A DNA stretch of 64,000 bases. It comes from an uncultured bacterium. Lineage in GTDB: Bacteria > Bacillota_I > Bacilli_A > RFN20 > CAG-826. Shown here piece after piece: positions 38,394 to 47,712 of this stretch. Under the pieces are notes generated by a model. That model was not told the DNA's origin. It did not search any database and saw only the letters and a list, made by a program, of their open reading frames with translations. A program made the translations under genes and the position numbers. The DNA is taken from assembly GCA_949293175.1 (NCBI GenBank), contig CASFCI010000002.1, positions 27,765-91,764 of the forward strand. Direction: 5' to 3'. How positions within the stretch are numbered: position 1 is the first letter of the stretch; each line of letters begins with the position of its first letter.

Positions 38394-39593
38394 CTAGTCG
38401 CGTAGAAGCCTAAGCGATGCGACTTTGTAGATGCCCTCTTCGTAGGCGACGTCGACCTCGCCCTGGATCAGGGGGCGGAGGTAATCGCGGAAGCATTGAC
38501 TGAGCCCGTGGACGTTATGCAGGAACTCGGGCGGGATCTTCTTCTCGACGTTGGCGATGCCCTCGACCGATTTGAGCTCATATTCGACCTGGTACGGCTG
38601 ACTGCTGATCCTCCTGATGGCCACCATCTTGCCCGACTCCCCCGCGACTGCCGCCTTGCAGGCCACCCGGGCGCACTCCACGGCCTCATCGCGGTCGACC
38701 TTGGAGACCAGTATCGGGAAGGCGCGCTGCGGGAGGGAGAGCTCGATCGAGCGGGTCGGGAGCCCGAGGTTCTGCTCCACCCGGCGGGAAAGCGCGTCGG
38801 CCGCACCGCCGAGCTGGATGTGGCCGAAGGCGTCGACCCGGGCCGAGGAGGTGTCGCGGGGGAAGACGATGCCCTCGCTTATGGCGACCACGCAGTGCCC
38901 CTTGGCGTCGTGGACCTTCTTGACCTCCTTGTAGAACTCATCGAGGTCGAAGGCGTCCTCCGGCAGGTATATGAGGTCGGGGCGGTAAGGCGCGGGGAGG
39001 AGGTCGACCGAGGCGGTCAGCCAGCCGGCGTTGCGCCCCATCACCTCGACGACGAACACCTTGCCCTTCTTGTAGCAGGAGGCGTCGACGCAGACCGACT
39101 TGACGGTGTTTATGACGTATTTGGCGGCCGAACCGTAGCCGATGCAGTGGTCGGTCGCGGAGAGGTCGTTGTCGACCGTCTTGGGGACCCCGATGACCTT
39201 GACGTCCATGCCCTTGGAGGCGAATAGGCGCGAGAGCTTGGAGCAGGTGTCCATCGAGTCGTTGCCCCCGTTGACGAGGATGTAGCCTATGTCGTGCTTC
39301 CTAACGGTCTTGATTATCGATTGGTAGCGCTCGTCCTCGAGATCGGAGGGCAGTTTGTAGCGGGTAGAGCCCAGGGCCGCCCCCGGGGTCTGCAGCAGCA
39401 ATTCGATCTGCTCGGGGTCCTCCTTGCTTAGATCGGCGAGGTCGTCGTAAAGCAGTCCCTCGATGCCGTGCAGGCTCCCGAGGACCTTGCTTACCTCCTT
39501 ATGCTCCCCCGCTTCCTTTATCGCCCCGTATAGGGACGAGTTGATGACCGCGGTCGGTCCGCCCGACTGCAGGTACGCCAATGCTTTAGCCAT
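38394..39593 (-). CDS. pfk: 6-phosphofructokinase, long form, with a PPi-type active-site signature
   Basis: PFK fold (GGPTAVIN...GGNDS...PKTVDNDL). Asp at the Gly104-equivalent and Lys at the Gly124-equivalent positions are the residues reported to specify PPi use. The start MAKALAY is preceded by AAGGAG. Confidence 0.8.
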   Translation of the reverse strand: MAKALAYLQSGGPTAVINSSLYGAIKEAGEHKEVSKVLGSLHGIEGLLYDDLADLSKEDPEQIELLLQTPGAALGSTRYKLPSDLEDERYQSIIKTVRKHDIGYILVNGGNDSMDTCSKLSRLFASKGMDVKVIGVPKTVDNDLSATDHCIGYGSAAKYVINTVKSVCVDASCYKKGKVFVVEVMGRNAGWLTASVDLLPAPYRPDLIYLPEDAFDLDEFYKEVKKVHDAKGHCVVAISEGIVFPRDTSSARVDAFGHIQLGGAADALSRRVEQNLGLPTRSIELSLPQRAFPILVSKVDRDEAVECARVACKAAVAGESGKMVAIRRISSQPYQVEYELKSVEGIANVEKKIPPEFLHNVHGLSQCFRDYLRPLIQGEVDVAYEEGIYKVASLRLLRD

Positions 39594-39654
39594 GTCTGAC
39601 TCCTTATCTAGTAAAGCAGTATACACTAGAAGCAAGTCCGATGAACGCTAGATT

Positions 39655-39668
39655 TGTAAGCGGTTACA
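39655..39668. promoter_or_regulatory. cre (CcpA-binding catabolite responsive element) TGTAAGCGGTTACA
   Basis: Perfect match to the consensus TGWAANCGNTNWCA. It sits within a duplicated block of about 25 nt, AACGCT.G.TTTGTAAGCGGTTACA. Confidence 0.5.
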
Positions 39669-39791
39669 CAATCGGCTGGCAAATCAAAGAGAAAACCTCG
39701 CGCGCCATACTTAATTGGGCTCCATGTAGGGTAGAATAATGGCGTACCCGAATATCGGCCACTATGGCCGGTTCCGGGGAGGAGGTAGAAA

Positions 39792-39995
39792 ATGGAACAT
39801 TTCTTCATGCCGGTAATGAAAATGCAGGAAAGGCATCAGCAGGCGATCGGGCAGCCGGTGCCCGACGACGTCATGAAAGCCGCCAAGAAGGACCCGGAGA
39901 ACTGGTACGTCGAATGGTATAAAGGCCGGGAACCCCACTATTTCATCAACCTCAACGCGATCGACTACGTCCACGCCCTCATAATAGAAGACTAG
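39792..39995 (+). CDS. Small hypothetical protein (67 aa)
   Basis: The ATG is preceded by GGGAGGAGG. It lies between two cre copies. Confidence 0.4.
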   Translation: MEHFFMPVMKMQERHQQAIGQPVPDDVMKAAKKDPENWYVEWYKGREPHYFINLNAIDYVHALIIED

Positions 39996-40033
39996 TCTCC
40001 GTCTCAGCCGAGAAGTTCGATAAACGCTTGCTT

Positions 40034-40047
40034 TGTAAGCGGTTACA
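40034..40047. promoter_or_regulatory. cre TGTAAGCGGTTACA, second copy, 37 nt upstream of the udk-like ATG
   Basis: Identical 14-mer and flanks to the 39655 copy. Confidence 0.5.
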
Positions 40048-40083
40048 TATTAAGATAGTCGGCCAGGGGTCATAGGAGGTCCT

Positions 40084-41733
40084 ATGCCATTTTCCGTCAC
40101 CATCGGCAACAACACGACAACGTATCAGAAGAAGATGAGCCTGCTTGAGATACTAAACGGCTCCAACGAAGACAAATCGATCATCGCCGCCCGGGTCAAC
40201 AACCGGGTCAGGGAATTGACCTATGAGGTCAACTACGACTGCGAGATACAGTGGCTCACCGTCAAGGACGGCGACGCCACCAAGACCTACGAGGCGTCGC
40301 TGCGCTTCATCACCGCGATGGCCTTCCGCCGCGCCTACCCCGATCTGAAGATAAGGTTCGCCTACAACGTCTCCCGCTGCGTCTCGATCCACCTGCTCAC
40401 CCCGGGCTACACCGCCAACACGGCGATGCTGCTCAAGGTCAGCCACGAGATGGAGCGCATCATCGCCTCCGACTACCCCCTCAAGCGGATGGTCGTCCCC
40501 ATTGAGAAGGCCCGCGAGGTATATGAGCAGCTCGGCTACGAGGACAAGCTCGCCCTTTTGCCCTACCGCCCGGAGAAGACCGCCCACCTCTATGAGTGCG
40601 ACGGCTTCTACGACTACATGTACTCCCACATGGTCCCCTCGACCGGCTACATCAAGAAGTACAAGCTCCGCCTCTACGCGCCGAGCTTCCTATTGCAGTA
40701 CCCGCGCGCCGAGGCTGGCGGCGAGATCCCGCCCTTCCAGGACGCCCCGACCTTCGGCAGGGTCCTCAAGGAATCCCACGACTGGGCCAAGATCGTCGGC
40801 TCCGACACGGTCGCCGGCATCAACAAGTCCATCGAGCGCCGCGGGCCAATCGAGTTCATCAACCTCTGCGAGGCGCGCCACAACCGGATGCTTTGCGAGC
40901 TCGGACAGATGATCGAGGACTCCATCGACGAGGTGAGCCTGATCTGCATCGCCGGGCCCTCAAGCTCAGGCAAGACCACCTTCGCCAACCGCCTCCGCAT
41001 CGAATTGCTCGCCCGCGGAATCAACCCGATCCGCATCTCGATCGACGACTATTACCTCGAGAAGGACAAGATCCCGAAGGGGGAGAACGGGGAGATCGAC
41101 CTCGAGTCCATCGAGGCGCTCAACATCCCGCTTTTCAACCAGAACATGGTCGACCTCATCGCCGGGGAGACCGTCACATTGCCGAAGTTCGACTTCCAGT
41201 CCGGCAAGTCGGTCCCGGGCAGGACGCTCCACGTCGAGCGCGGCCAGCCCATCATCATCGAGGGCATCCACGCTCTCAACGACCGGATGACCGTCGACAT
41301 CCCGAAGTCGGCCAAGTTCAAGATCTTCATCGCCCCCCAGGCCCAGATCAACCTCGACGACCACACCCCGCTCTCGCTCACCGACCTGCGCCTCATCCGC
41401 CGGATCGTGCGCGACTACAAGTTCCGCAACGCCTCGGCCGAGGAGACCATCGGCATGTGGCCTAGCGTCCGGGCGGGCGAGTTCAAGTGGATCTACGACA
41501 CCCAGGAGGGCTCCGACTACGTCTACAACTCGATGCTCAGCTACGAGCTCCCGGTCATGAAGAAATACGCCTTGCCGCTGCTTAAGGGGATCGAGGAGAC
41601 ATCTCCATGCTTCCCCACCGCCATGCGGCTGGTGAGGATGCTCAAGTTCTTCGTCGACATGGACGACCAATGGGTACCATCGAACTCGCTGATGAGGGAA
41701 TTCATCGGCGGCTCGTGCTACGAGGACGTGTGA
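40084..41733 (+). CDS. Uridine/cytidine kinase-like P-loop kinase fused to an N-terminal TGS (ThrRS/GTPase/SpoT-like) domain
   Basis: GPSSSGKTTFANRL P-loop, the IIIEGIHAL motif and a beta-grasp-like N-terminus. Preceded by GGAGG. Confidence 0.6.
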   Translation: MPFSVTIGNNTTTYQKKMSLLEILNGSNEDKSIIAARVNNRVRELTYEVNYDCEIQWLTVKDGDATKTYEASLRFITAMAFRRAYPDLKIRFAYNVSRCVSIHLLTPGYTANTAMLLKVSHEMERIIASDYPLKRMVVPIEKAREVYEQLGYEDKLALLPYRPEKTAHLYECDGFYDYMYSHMVPSTGYIKKYKLRLYAPSFLLQYPRAEAGGEIPPFQDAPTFGRVLKESHDWAKIVGSDTVAGINKSIERRGPIEFINLCEARHNRMLCELGQMIEDSIDEVSLICIAGPSSSGKTTFANRLRIELLARGINPIRISIDDYYLEKDKIPKGENGEIDLESIEALNIPLFNQNMVDLIAGETVTLPKFDFQSGKSVPGRTLHVERGQPIIIEGIHALNDRMTVDIPKSAKFKIFIAPQAQINLDDHTPLSLTDLRLIRRIVRDYKFRNASAEETIGMWPSVRAGEFKWIYDTQEGSDYVYNSMLSYELPVMKKYALPLLKGIEETSPCFPTAMRLVRMLKFFVDMDDQWVPSNSLMREFIGGSCYEDV

Positions 41734-41754
41734 TTTAGCGCAGGTCCAAAGACA

Positions 41755-41786
41755 AAAGCGGGGATCTAGCCCCGCTTTTCTTTTGC
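41755..41786 (+). terminator. Rho-independent terminator after the udk-like gene
   Basis: The hairpin AAAAGCGGGG-ATCTA-GCCCCGCTTTT is followed by CTTTTG. Confidence 0.55.
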
Positions 41787-41841
41787 CCGCAAAAAGCGCA
41801 TATCCGCCAATTTAACTTCAAAGATATCGGCTTTCTGCACG

Positions 41842-41872
41842 AAAAAAGGCCTTCCCCGAAGGGAGGCCTTTT
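41842..41872 (-). terminator. Rho-independent terminator after the lipoprotein operon
   Basis: On the minus strand, the hairpin GGCCTCCC-TTCG-GGGAAGGCC is followed by TTTTTT. Confidence 0.5.
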
Positions 41873-41880
41873 GGCTTAGT

Positions 41881-43332
41881 TTACTCGGCGGCGTAGCTCG
41901 GCAAAGTCGTCGAGTTAATGTCGGAGAGGGTGAAGCGGAGGTAGTAATCGACACCTTGGATCGAGAAGGAGGCCAATACGGTCTCGATCGCGGTCTTATC
42001 CTCGTTGAGGGTGACGACCAGGCGGTCGGTCGAGCCCTCTAGGGCGCCCGACTGCACGCCGAGCATCCCGTTATCGAAGTAGGAGCCGAGTCCGCTGACG
42101 ACCAACTCCTCGGCTTCGTAGGTCCTATCGCCGGTCTTCTTGAACAAGGCCGGGTTGATGGAGGAGAAGTCGGGGCCGAGGCCCTCGAAGGAATCGATGG
42201 TGTAGACCGCGGAGCTCGACAGGGTCACGACGTGCCAATCCCATCCGAGGTCGCCGTAGTCGTACTGATAGACGTGGTAGAGCTTGTCGGAGGGGTCATA
42301 GACCGCCTTGTAATCGTAGTCGTCGCCACCCTGGTAGGGATGTTCGTCCCCGGGGGCGGAGCGCTGGGCGTAATAGGCCATGTCGTCGCGGATGAAGTAG
42401 CCGGTGGTCCAGGTGGTGCGCTCGCCATCCCAAGAGGAGAGGAACTCCTTGTTGTAGGTGTAGGAGTCGACGCCGTCGAGGCACTTGAGGGCCGCGGCTA
42501 GGTCGGGGTTGTCGTTGGCGTAGGGCTGCAGATGGGGGACCGGCTGCTCGCCTAGGCTCCGGTCGTAGGTGACGGTGAACTCATTCGTCCTGGTGAAGCG
42601 GCCCTCCTCGCGGAGCTCCGAGATCTCGAAGGCCAATGAGTCGATCCCGCCGTCCTCGCCGAGGTTGAGGGCGATGTCGTCGACGTAGTTGATCGAGGTC
42701 CCGCCATAGCAGGTGACCACGAACTGCGCCTTGGCGCCCTGCAGGTGCAGGCTGCCGTCTTCTTCCTCGATGATGTCGCTGGCCCTGATGTAGTCCCAGG
42801 GGTTGCGGAATAGCGAGTCGAAGGCATACGGGAGGTAGACCCCGGTGGTGTCGTTGTAGTCGGAGAGGTAGGAGCTATTGACCTCGTTGTCGATGGTGAT
42901 CGACTCCTTGATCGCGAGCCCGGTCTCCTCGTCGCGGAAGTAATAGGCCTTCGGGTCGGAGTAGCCCCACTCGGTCGATTCGACCTTGTCGGTGAGCTTG
43001 TAGTCGTAGGCATTGTAGCTGTACTTCTCGGTGTAGGCCCGCACCGCGCCGTATTGGTGGACGATGTCGTAGGTCTTTCCCTGATGGATGCCGACCTCAA
43101 GCGGGTCGTCGCGGTAGACGTCGGTGGCCATCTCGATGTGGGCCCCGTGGGTCTGATGCTGGAGCGAGGCGAGGGCCTTCTGGGCCTTCTGGGTGCCAAC
43201 CGGCAGCTCCGGGAGGGTCACTTCGCCGCCGTCCTCGGAGGAAGATCCCGGCGTCGAGGAGGAACCATTACCCCCGCAGGCGACGAGGGAGAGGGCCATC
43301 AAAGGGGCCAATATGAGCAATTTAGCGTTCAT
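41881..43332 (-). CDS. Lipoprotein, hypothetical. Paralogous to 43345..44604.
   Basis: Lipobox LVACGG. The shared block DNPDLAAALKCL matches DNPELKSALQGL. Confidence 0.5.
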   Translation of the reverse strand: MNAKLLILAPLMALSLVACGGNGSSSTPGSSSEDGGEVTLPELPVGTQKAQKALASLQHQTHGAHIEMATDVYRDDPLEVGIHQGKTYDIVHQYGAVRAYTEKYSYNAYDYKLTDKVESTEWGYSDPKAYYFRDEETGLAIKESITIDNEVNSSYLSDYNDTTGVYLPYAFDSLFRNPWDYIRASDIIEEEDGSLHLQGAKAQFVVTCYGGTSINYVDDIALNLGEDGGIDSLAFEISELREEGRFTRTNEFTVTYDRSLGEQPVPHLQPYANDNPDLAAALKCLDGVDSYTYNKEFLSSWDGERTTWTTGYFIRDDMAYYAQRSAPGDEHPYQGGDDYDYKAVYDPSDKLYHVYQYDYGDLGWDWHVVTLSSSAVYTIDSFEGLGPDFSSINPALFKKTGDRTYEAEELVVSGLGSYFDNGMLGVQSGALEGSTDRLVVTLNEDKTAIETVLASFSIQGVDYYLRFTLSDINSTTLPSYAAE

Positions 43333-43344
43333 TTTCTTTCCTCC

Positions 43345-44604
43345 TTATTCAGCGAAGCTGGTATCGAGCCAGCTCGGCATCGCGGTCGAGCCGACCTCGG
43401 AGAAGCTCGCGGTGATCGAATACGGGCCGTACTGGAAGTCGTAGTAGCCGAGGCTCACCTCGGACATGGTCTCGCCATCTAGGCTCACGTAGGCATAGAA
43501 GGGCTCGATCGCAGAGACCGAGAAGGCGGATGGCACGAGGTCGCGGCTTAATAGCGGCACGGCGTCGGGCAGGAAGGCGTAGACGCCCTCGGACTGCTTC
43601 TGCAGCACCTCCGGCGCGATCTTGGAGTAGTTCGGCAGGTAGTTGGCGATCTGGTAGTTGATGCCTATGGTCGACCAAGAGGAGGTCGAGGCGGAGTAGC
43701 GGTAGCCGGTCGCCCTGCCGCCGGCGCCCTGGACGTAGTAGGTATCGCCGTCCACCGGGTAGGGGAGGCTCGGGTCGCCGTGGATGTAGAGGCTATCGCC
43801 GGAATAGTAATAGGTGTAGCCGAGGCGGATGTCGTTCTCCGCGATGGTCACGGTGTAGTTGGTGCCAAGCCCCTGCAAGGCGGACTTCAGCTCGGGGTTG
43901 TCCTGCGTGCCGACCGAGATGCGGCCGAAGCTCTCCTTGAGGATCTCGAAGGAGAGGTCGACGGTCAGGGTGGACTCGCCGATGAACATGCCCGAGGTGC
44001 TCTCGATGGCGTCGGGGCGGATTGGGCAGGTGAACTCCAGGGTGACCTTGGAATCGACCGGGTTCTCCAGGTCGTAGCCGGAGAAGGTGGCCGAGGTGAC
44101 CGGGAAGTCGAGCCCGAAGTAGGCGTTGAGCATCAGCTCGGCCTTCTGGCTCGAGAGGGCGGATCCCTGTATGTCGGAGGGGCTGATGTAGTCGAAGGGG
44201 TCGTAATAGGTCGAGGCGTAGACCAGGTCCATGCCGAAGGTCTTGTCGACGACCGACTCGAGCTGGTTCTGGTAGTTGAGGGTGTCGTGGTAGGAATACC
44301 CGTCGCTCCCCTCGTAGTGGATGGTGTCGGAGGCCAGCCCATGGTCGCGGATGGCCTCGCGGTCCTCGCCGTCGAAGCTCACCGTGCCGTAGTCGCGGTC
44401 GACGGAGTAGGTGGCGACGCTATTAAGCGACTCCAGACCCTCGCCGTAGTCGGTGGTGAGGACGGCGCTGCCCTTCACGTTATAAGGCAGCTGGAACAGC
44501 CGCAGGTACTCCGGCCCTTCCTCGGCGGAGGAGGGGAGGGCGGCGGAGGTCGCGGCTAGGGGCAATAGAAGCGGCAGCCCCAATGCCAGATATGTCTTTC
44601 TCAT
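43345..44604 (-). CDS. Secreted protein, hypothetical, of the same family
   Basis: SPase I-type signal peptide MRKTYLALGLPLLLPLAATSAA. Confidence 0.5.
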   Translation of the reverse strand: MRKTYLALGLPLLLPLAATSAALPSSAEEGPEYLRLFQLPYNVKGSAVLTTDYGEGLESLNSVATYSVDRDYGTVSFDGEDREAIRDHGLASDTIHYEGSDGYSYHDTLNYQNQLESVVDKTFGMDLVYASTYYDPFDYISPSDIQGSALSSQKAELMLNAYFGLDFPVTSATFSGYDLENPVDSKVTLEFTCPIRPDAIESTSGMFIGESTLTVDLSFEILKESFGRISVGTQDNPELKSALQGLGTNYTVTIAENDIRLGYTYYYSGDSLYIHGDPSLPYPVDGDTYYVQGAGGRATGYRYSASTSSWSTIGINYQIANYLPNYSKIAPEVLQKQSEGVYAFLPDAVPLLSRDLVPSAFSVSAIEPFYAYVSLDGETMSEVSLGYYDFQYGPYSITASFSEVGSTAMPSWLDTSFAE

Positions 44605-46100
44605 CCTTGGTAGCTCCCTAGATATAGATCGAAGGTGTCGAGGACGCCATCGAGGTTGTGGGCGGTGAGGTCGGTGGTCCCGAAGTCGGAGTAGGACACG
44701 GTGCTCACGCAGTCGCCGCCGAAGGCCTCGGAGGCGAAGTATAGCTTGAAGACCGGGTATCCCGCCTCATCGATGCTGACCTCAAGCCGGTCGAAGCCGA
44801 AGGCAAGGGTGGCCGTCGATTCGACGTACCAGCTGCTCATGCGGGTCGGGTAGTCGCCGACGCCGAAGACGGCGGCCATGATGTCGAAGCAGAAGTAGTG
44901 GTCGATGTACGGGAAATCGGCCAGATCGAACACGTAGCCCTCATCGGCCTTCTCGAAGAAGGCGGTCGAAAGCGACTGGATGAAGGGGACGGCTCCGTTG
45001 TCGACGGTGTAGGCGTCGGCCGATAGCGTCGCGGCGTAGCCAGTCCCGCCGTTGGTGCCCGGGGTCACGCCGATCTGGTAGTATCCGTCGGCCCCCGCCG
45101 CTTCCGCGGTGAAGTAGGCCAGTCCGGTGTAGGTCGTGCCATAGGAGGCATCGGTCAAGGGCAGGTCGGTGATCATGAGCTTGCGCCCGCCGAACTTGCC
45201 GGCCAGGTCGTAGTATGACTTGTACTCGCCGCGGTTATCGATCTCGGTCCCATCGACCAAGGTCGTCTTGACGTTGGTGGTGAAGTTCAGCCCCTGGACG
45301 CCATCGCGGAGCTTCTCGAAGGAAGCGGTGAGCGTGGAGAGGTCCTCCTCGCCAAGCGAGGGGGTATACGGGGTGAGCGGGGTCACCGCGTCGATGGCGG
45401 AGAGCTCGACGAGGTAGTCCTCGGCCATGTAGCCGTAGGCGTCGGCGAGGACGTTGGCGAACTTCGCCTGCTTCGGGGTGCCGTTGGCGTCAACGGTCAG
45501 TTCGAAGCCCTCGATCAGCTGACGCGAGGTGAGGTAGTCGAAGCTGTACGGGTTAATGGTATATAGGAATTTCGACATCCCCGGGGAGATGAGGGCGGTC
45601 AATAGCTCGGTCCCCTTCAGGGTGTAGCCATCCTCGGCGGTCTCCACGGTGAAGTAGCGCGAGAAGTTGGAGGCGGTTATGCCGGCGAGGGCCTTGTAGC
45701 CGGAATCGTAGTTGCCGGCGAAGGCGACCGGGAGGTTGGAGTCGTCGGTGACCTCGGTCGACTTGACGACGTTGTCGAGCCCAAGGGCGTTGAGCATGAC
45801 GTAGCCCTCGGGGGAGGAGGTGACGTCGGACTGCAATAGCGGCATCTTGGTGCCGGTGAGGCAGAGGTCGCTGTGCCTGGCGGTGGAGCTGACCTCATCG
45901 GTGGCGGTGAAGGTCGCGCCCCCGAAGGCGGCGTAGCGCGGGGTGATGGTCGCCACCGACTTGATCGGGGCGGCGAAGAAGGAGGCGATGCTGCTTATCT
46001 GCGCATCGGTCAGCCCCACTTCCTCGGCTGTCGCGCCGGTGGCGGAGCAGCCGCAAAGGGCGAGCCCGCAAAGGGCAATGGCGGAATTTATCTTCTTCAT
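44601..46100 (-). CDS. Lipoprotein, hypothetical
   Basis: Lipobox LALCGCS. ATGA overlap with the downstream gene. Confidence 0.5.
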   Translation of the reverse strand: MKKINSAIALCGLALCGCSATGATAEEVGLTDAQISSIASFFAAPIKSVATITPRYAAFGGATFTATDEVSSTARHSDLCLTGTKMPLLQSDVTSSPEGYVMLNALGLDNVVKSTEVTDDSNLPVAFAGNYDSGYKALAGITASNFSRYFTVETAEDGYTLKGTELLTALISPGMSKFLYTINPYSFDYLTSRQLIEGFELTVDANGTPKQAKFANVLADAYGYMAEDYLVELSAIDAVTPLTPYTPSLGEEDLSTLTASFEKLRDGVQGLNFTTNVKTTLVDGTEIDNRGEYKSYYDLAGKFGGRKLMITDLPLTDASYGTTYTGLAYFTAEAAGADGYYQIGVTPGTNGGTGYAATLSADAYTVDNGAVPFIQSLSTAFFEKADEGYVFDLADFPYIDHYFCFDIMAAVFGVGDYPTRMSSWYVESTATLAFGFDRLEVSIDEAGYPVFKLYFASEAFGGDCVSTVSYSDFGTTDLTAHNLDGVLDTFDLYLGSYQG

Positions 46101-47575
46101 CAGTTGGCCCTCCTTACGGTGATGGTGGCGCCTTCGCTATTGAGCGCGCCGACCTCGAAGGTCAGCCCGAGCTCAGGGCGGACGGCCCCATTGCCGTCGA
46201 AGTGGAAGTCGTGGTAGAAGCCATCGACCAGCGATTCCTCACCGAAGACGTCGCCCTCATGCCAGAGGTTGTCGTCGGTGATGTACATCGAGTTGGTCAT
46301 CTGGCGGTTGGCGCCGGTGCTGTCGAGCAGCTGGACGAGCGCGTAGTTGCCGGCGATGCCGTAGACCGCGTTGGTGTTGCGGCCGGAGTTGGTGTAGGCG
46401 AAGTCGTAGGCCAGGTCGGAGTTGAAATCCGGCTCGCCATAATATGGGTAGAACCCGTCTTCTCCGCCGGCGACTAGGCGGGAATCAACCTTGTAGACCC
46501 TGATGGCCGGCTCGGTCAAAGAGGAGCCGGAGTTAAGCCCGGTCGGGGTGAAGTAATCGATGAGCAGGTACTCGCCGAAGACGCCGGTGTCCTCGTTGGA
46601 GAGCAATAGGCTCTCGCCCGGGGCGAGGGTGTAGGTCGCCTCGGTTTCAAGCGAGGAGGCGATGATCTTGGTCGGCTCGGTCCATCCGAGCAGGTACTTG
46701 GTGAACGGGTTGTGGTCGGAGATGCCCTCCTCGGTGACGTCGGTGTAGCCAAGCGGGGCGCGGAGGTTGCCCTGCAGGTCGCCGGTCTGGTCGGAGTATT
46801 CCGGCACGCCGAGCAGGTCGGCGATGGCCTTGATGAAGCGGACGTTCATCGGGTCCTGGGTGCCGAAGCTGGCCCCGAGCGACCCGCACATCCACTCGGC
46901 GGCGTTGGCCTTCTCGGTCGAGACGAGCTGATCGTACATGAAGGAGGCGACCAGCTGGTCCATGGTCTCGTCGCCATAGGTCCAGGTGCCGTTATAGGCC
47001 GGGAAGGGGTTGGCGACGATGAGGTTGTCGATCTTCCCGTCGCCGTCGGAATCGTAGTCGGCGATGGAGTTCCCTTCCTCTACCCAGGCGTCGATCGCCT
47101 CATCCAATGTGGAGGCGATGACCGGGGAGGAGCCGGTGCTGTATAGGTTGTTGAGGAAGTCCTCGAAGCTGGTCGAGAGGGTGACCGGGGCCTCAACCGA
47201 GCCGGAGAGGTTGAGCTTGCCGCCGCTAGATTGCTGATAGTAGCTCAGGGCGGTGTAGCCAACGGGGCTCGACTCGAAGCCGGAGTCGAGGGCCAGTATG
47301 TCCGAGGCGGTAATCTTGAAGACGTCATCGCTGAAGCTGAAGGGGATGACCAATACCTTCTGGTCGCCCTCGCTTTCCATTGCCCCATTGCCCTGCGATT
47401 GGCGCAGCAGCGAAGCCGGCGATCCCTGCTTCTCTTCCTGGCTGGTGCCGGAGGAGTCGCTTCCCTCGCCATCCCCCAGGGACGAGGTCCCTGCGGGCTC
47501 GCAAGCGGCCAATAGGAGGGCGGATAGGGCCAGCGGGAAGATGGCCCGCGTTAACCTTTCCTTTTTCTTTGACAT
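46100..47575 (-). CDS. Lipoprotein, hypothetical. Its N-terminus is reminiscent of M6/InhA-like proteases but has no HExxH.
   Basis: Lipobox LLAACE, plus KVLVIPFSFSDD and a DYDSDGDGKIDN calcium-loop-like motif. Confidence 0.45.
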   Translation of the reverse strand: MSKKKERLTRAIFPLALSALLLAACEPAGTSSLGDGEGSDSSGTSQEEKQGSPASLLRQSQGNGAMESEGDQKVLVIPFSFSDDVFKITASDILALDSGFESSPVGYTALSYYQQSSGGKLNLSGSVEAPVTLSTSFEDFLNNLYSTGSSPVIASTLDEAIDAWVEEGNSIADYDSDGDGKIDNLIVANPFPAYNGTWTYGDETMDQLVASFMYDQLVSTEKANAAEWMCGSLGASFGTQDPMNVRFIKAIADLLGVPEYSDQTGDLQGNLRAPLGYTDVTEEGISDHNPFTKYLLGWTEPTKIIASSLETEATYTLAPGESLLLSNEDTGVFGEYLLIDYFTPTGLNSGSSLTEPAIRVYKVDSRLVAGGEDGFYPYYGEPDFNSDLAYDFAYTNSGRNTNAVYGIAGNYALVQLLDSTGANRQMTNSMYITDDNLWHEGDVFGEESLVDGFYHDFHFDGNGAVRPELGLTFEVGALNSEGATITVRRAN

Positions 47576-47652
47576 GTGTTTCTCCTGTTAGCTTTCTTCA
47601 AAAAAGCATAATAAAGATATAACAAAGCGAAAAAATGTGTATCCCCAAATTT

Positions 47653-47666
47653 TGTAAGCGCTTACA
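47653..47666. promoter_or_regulatory. cre-like perfect palindrome TGTAAGCGCTTACA in a divergent promoter region
   Basis: Matches TGWAANCGNTNWCA. It is flanked by A7 and T7 homopolymer runs. A -35-like TTGCAC lies 11 nt downstream. Confidence 0.45.
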
Positions 47667-47712
47667 CAAAAAAATCTTGCACTTTTTTTAAATTAATCTT
47701 TAATAGTCCTGC

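Noticed and set aside
40596-41465. 289-aa Arg/Pro-rich ORF on the plus strand in another frame over the udk-like gene. Similar shadow ORFs occur at 17544..18365, 28106..28876, 40966..41670, 43780..44559, 50343..50924 and 42552..43199.
   Set aside because: These are typical antisense or off-frame open frames of high-GC DNA. They are Arg/Pro/Gly-rich and lack SD sequences. They overlap well-supported genes with clear motifs.
46100-47575. Possible M6 (InhA-like) metalloprotease assignment for the 491-aa lipoprotein, based on the KVLVIPFSF N-terminal motif.
   Set aside because: No HExxH zinc-binding motif is present anywhere in the protein. It is kept as a hypothetical lipoprotein.
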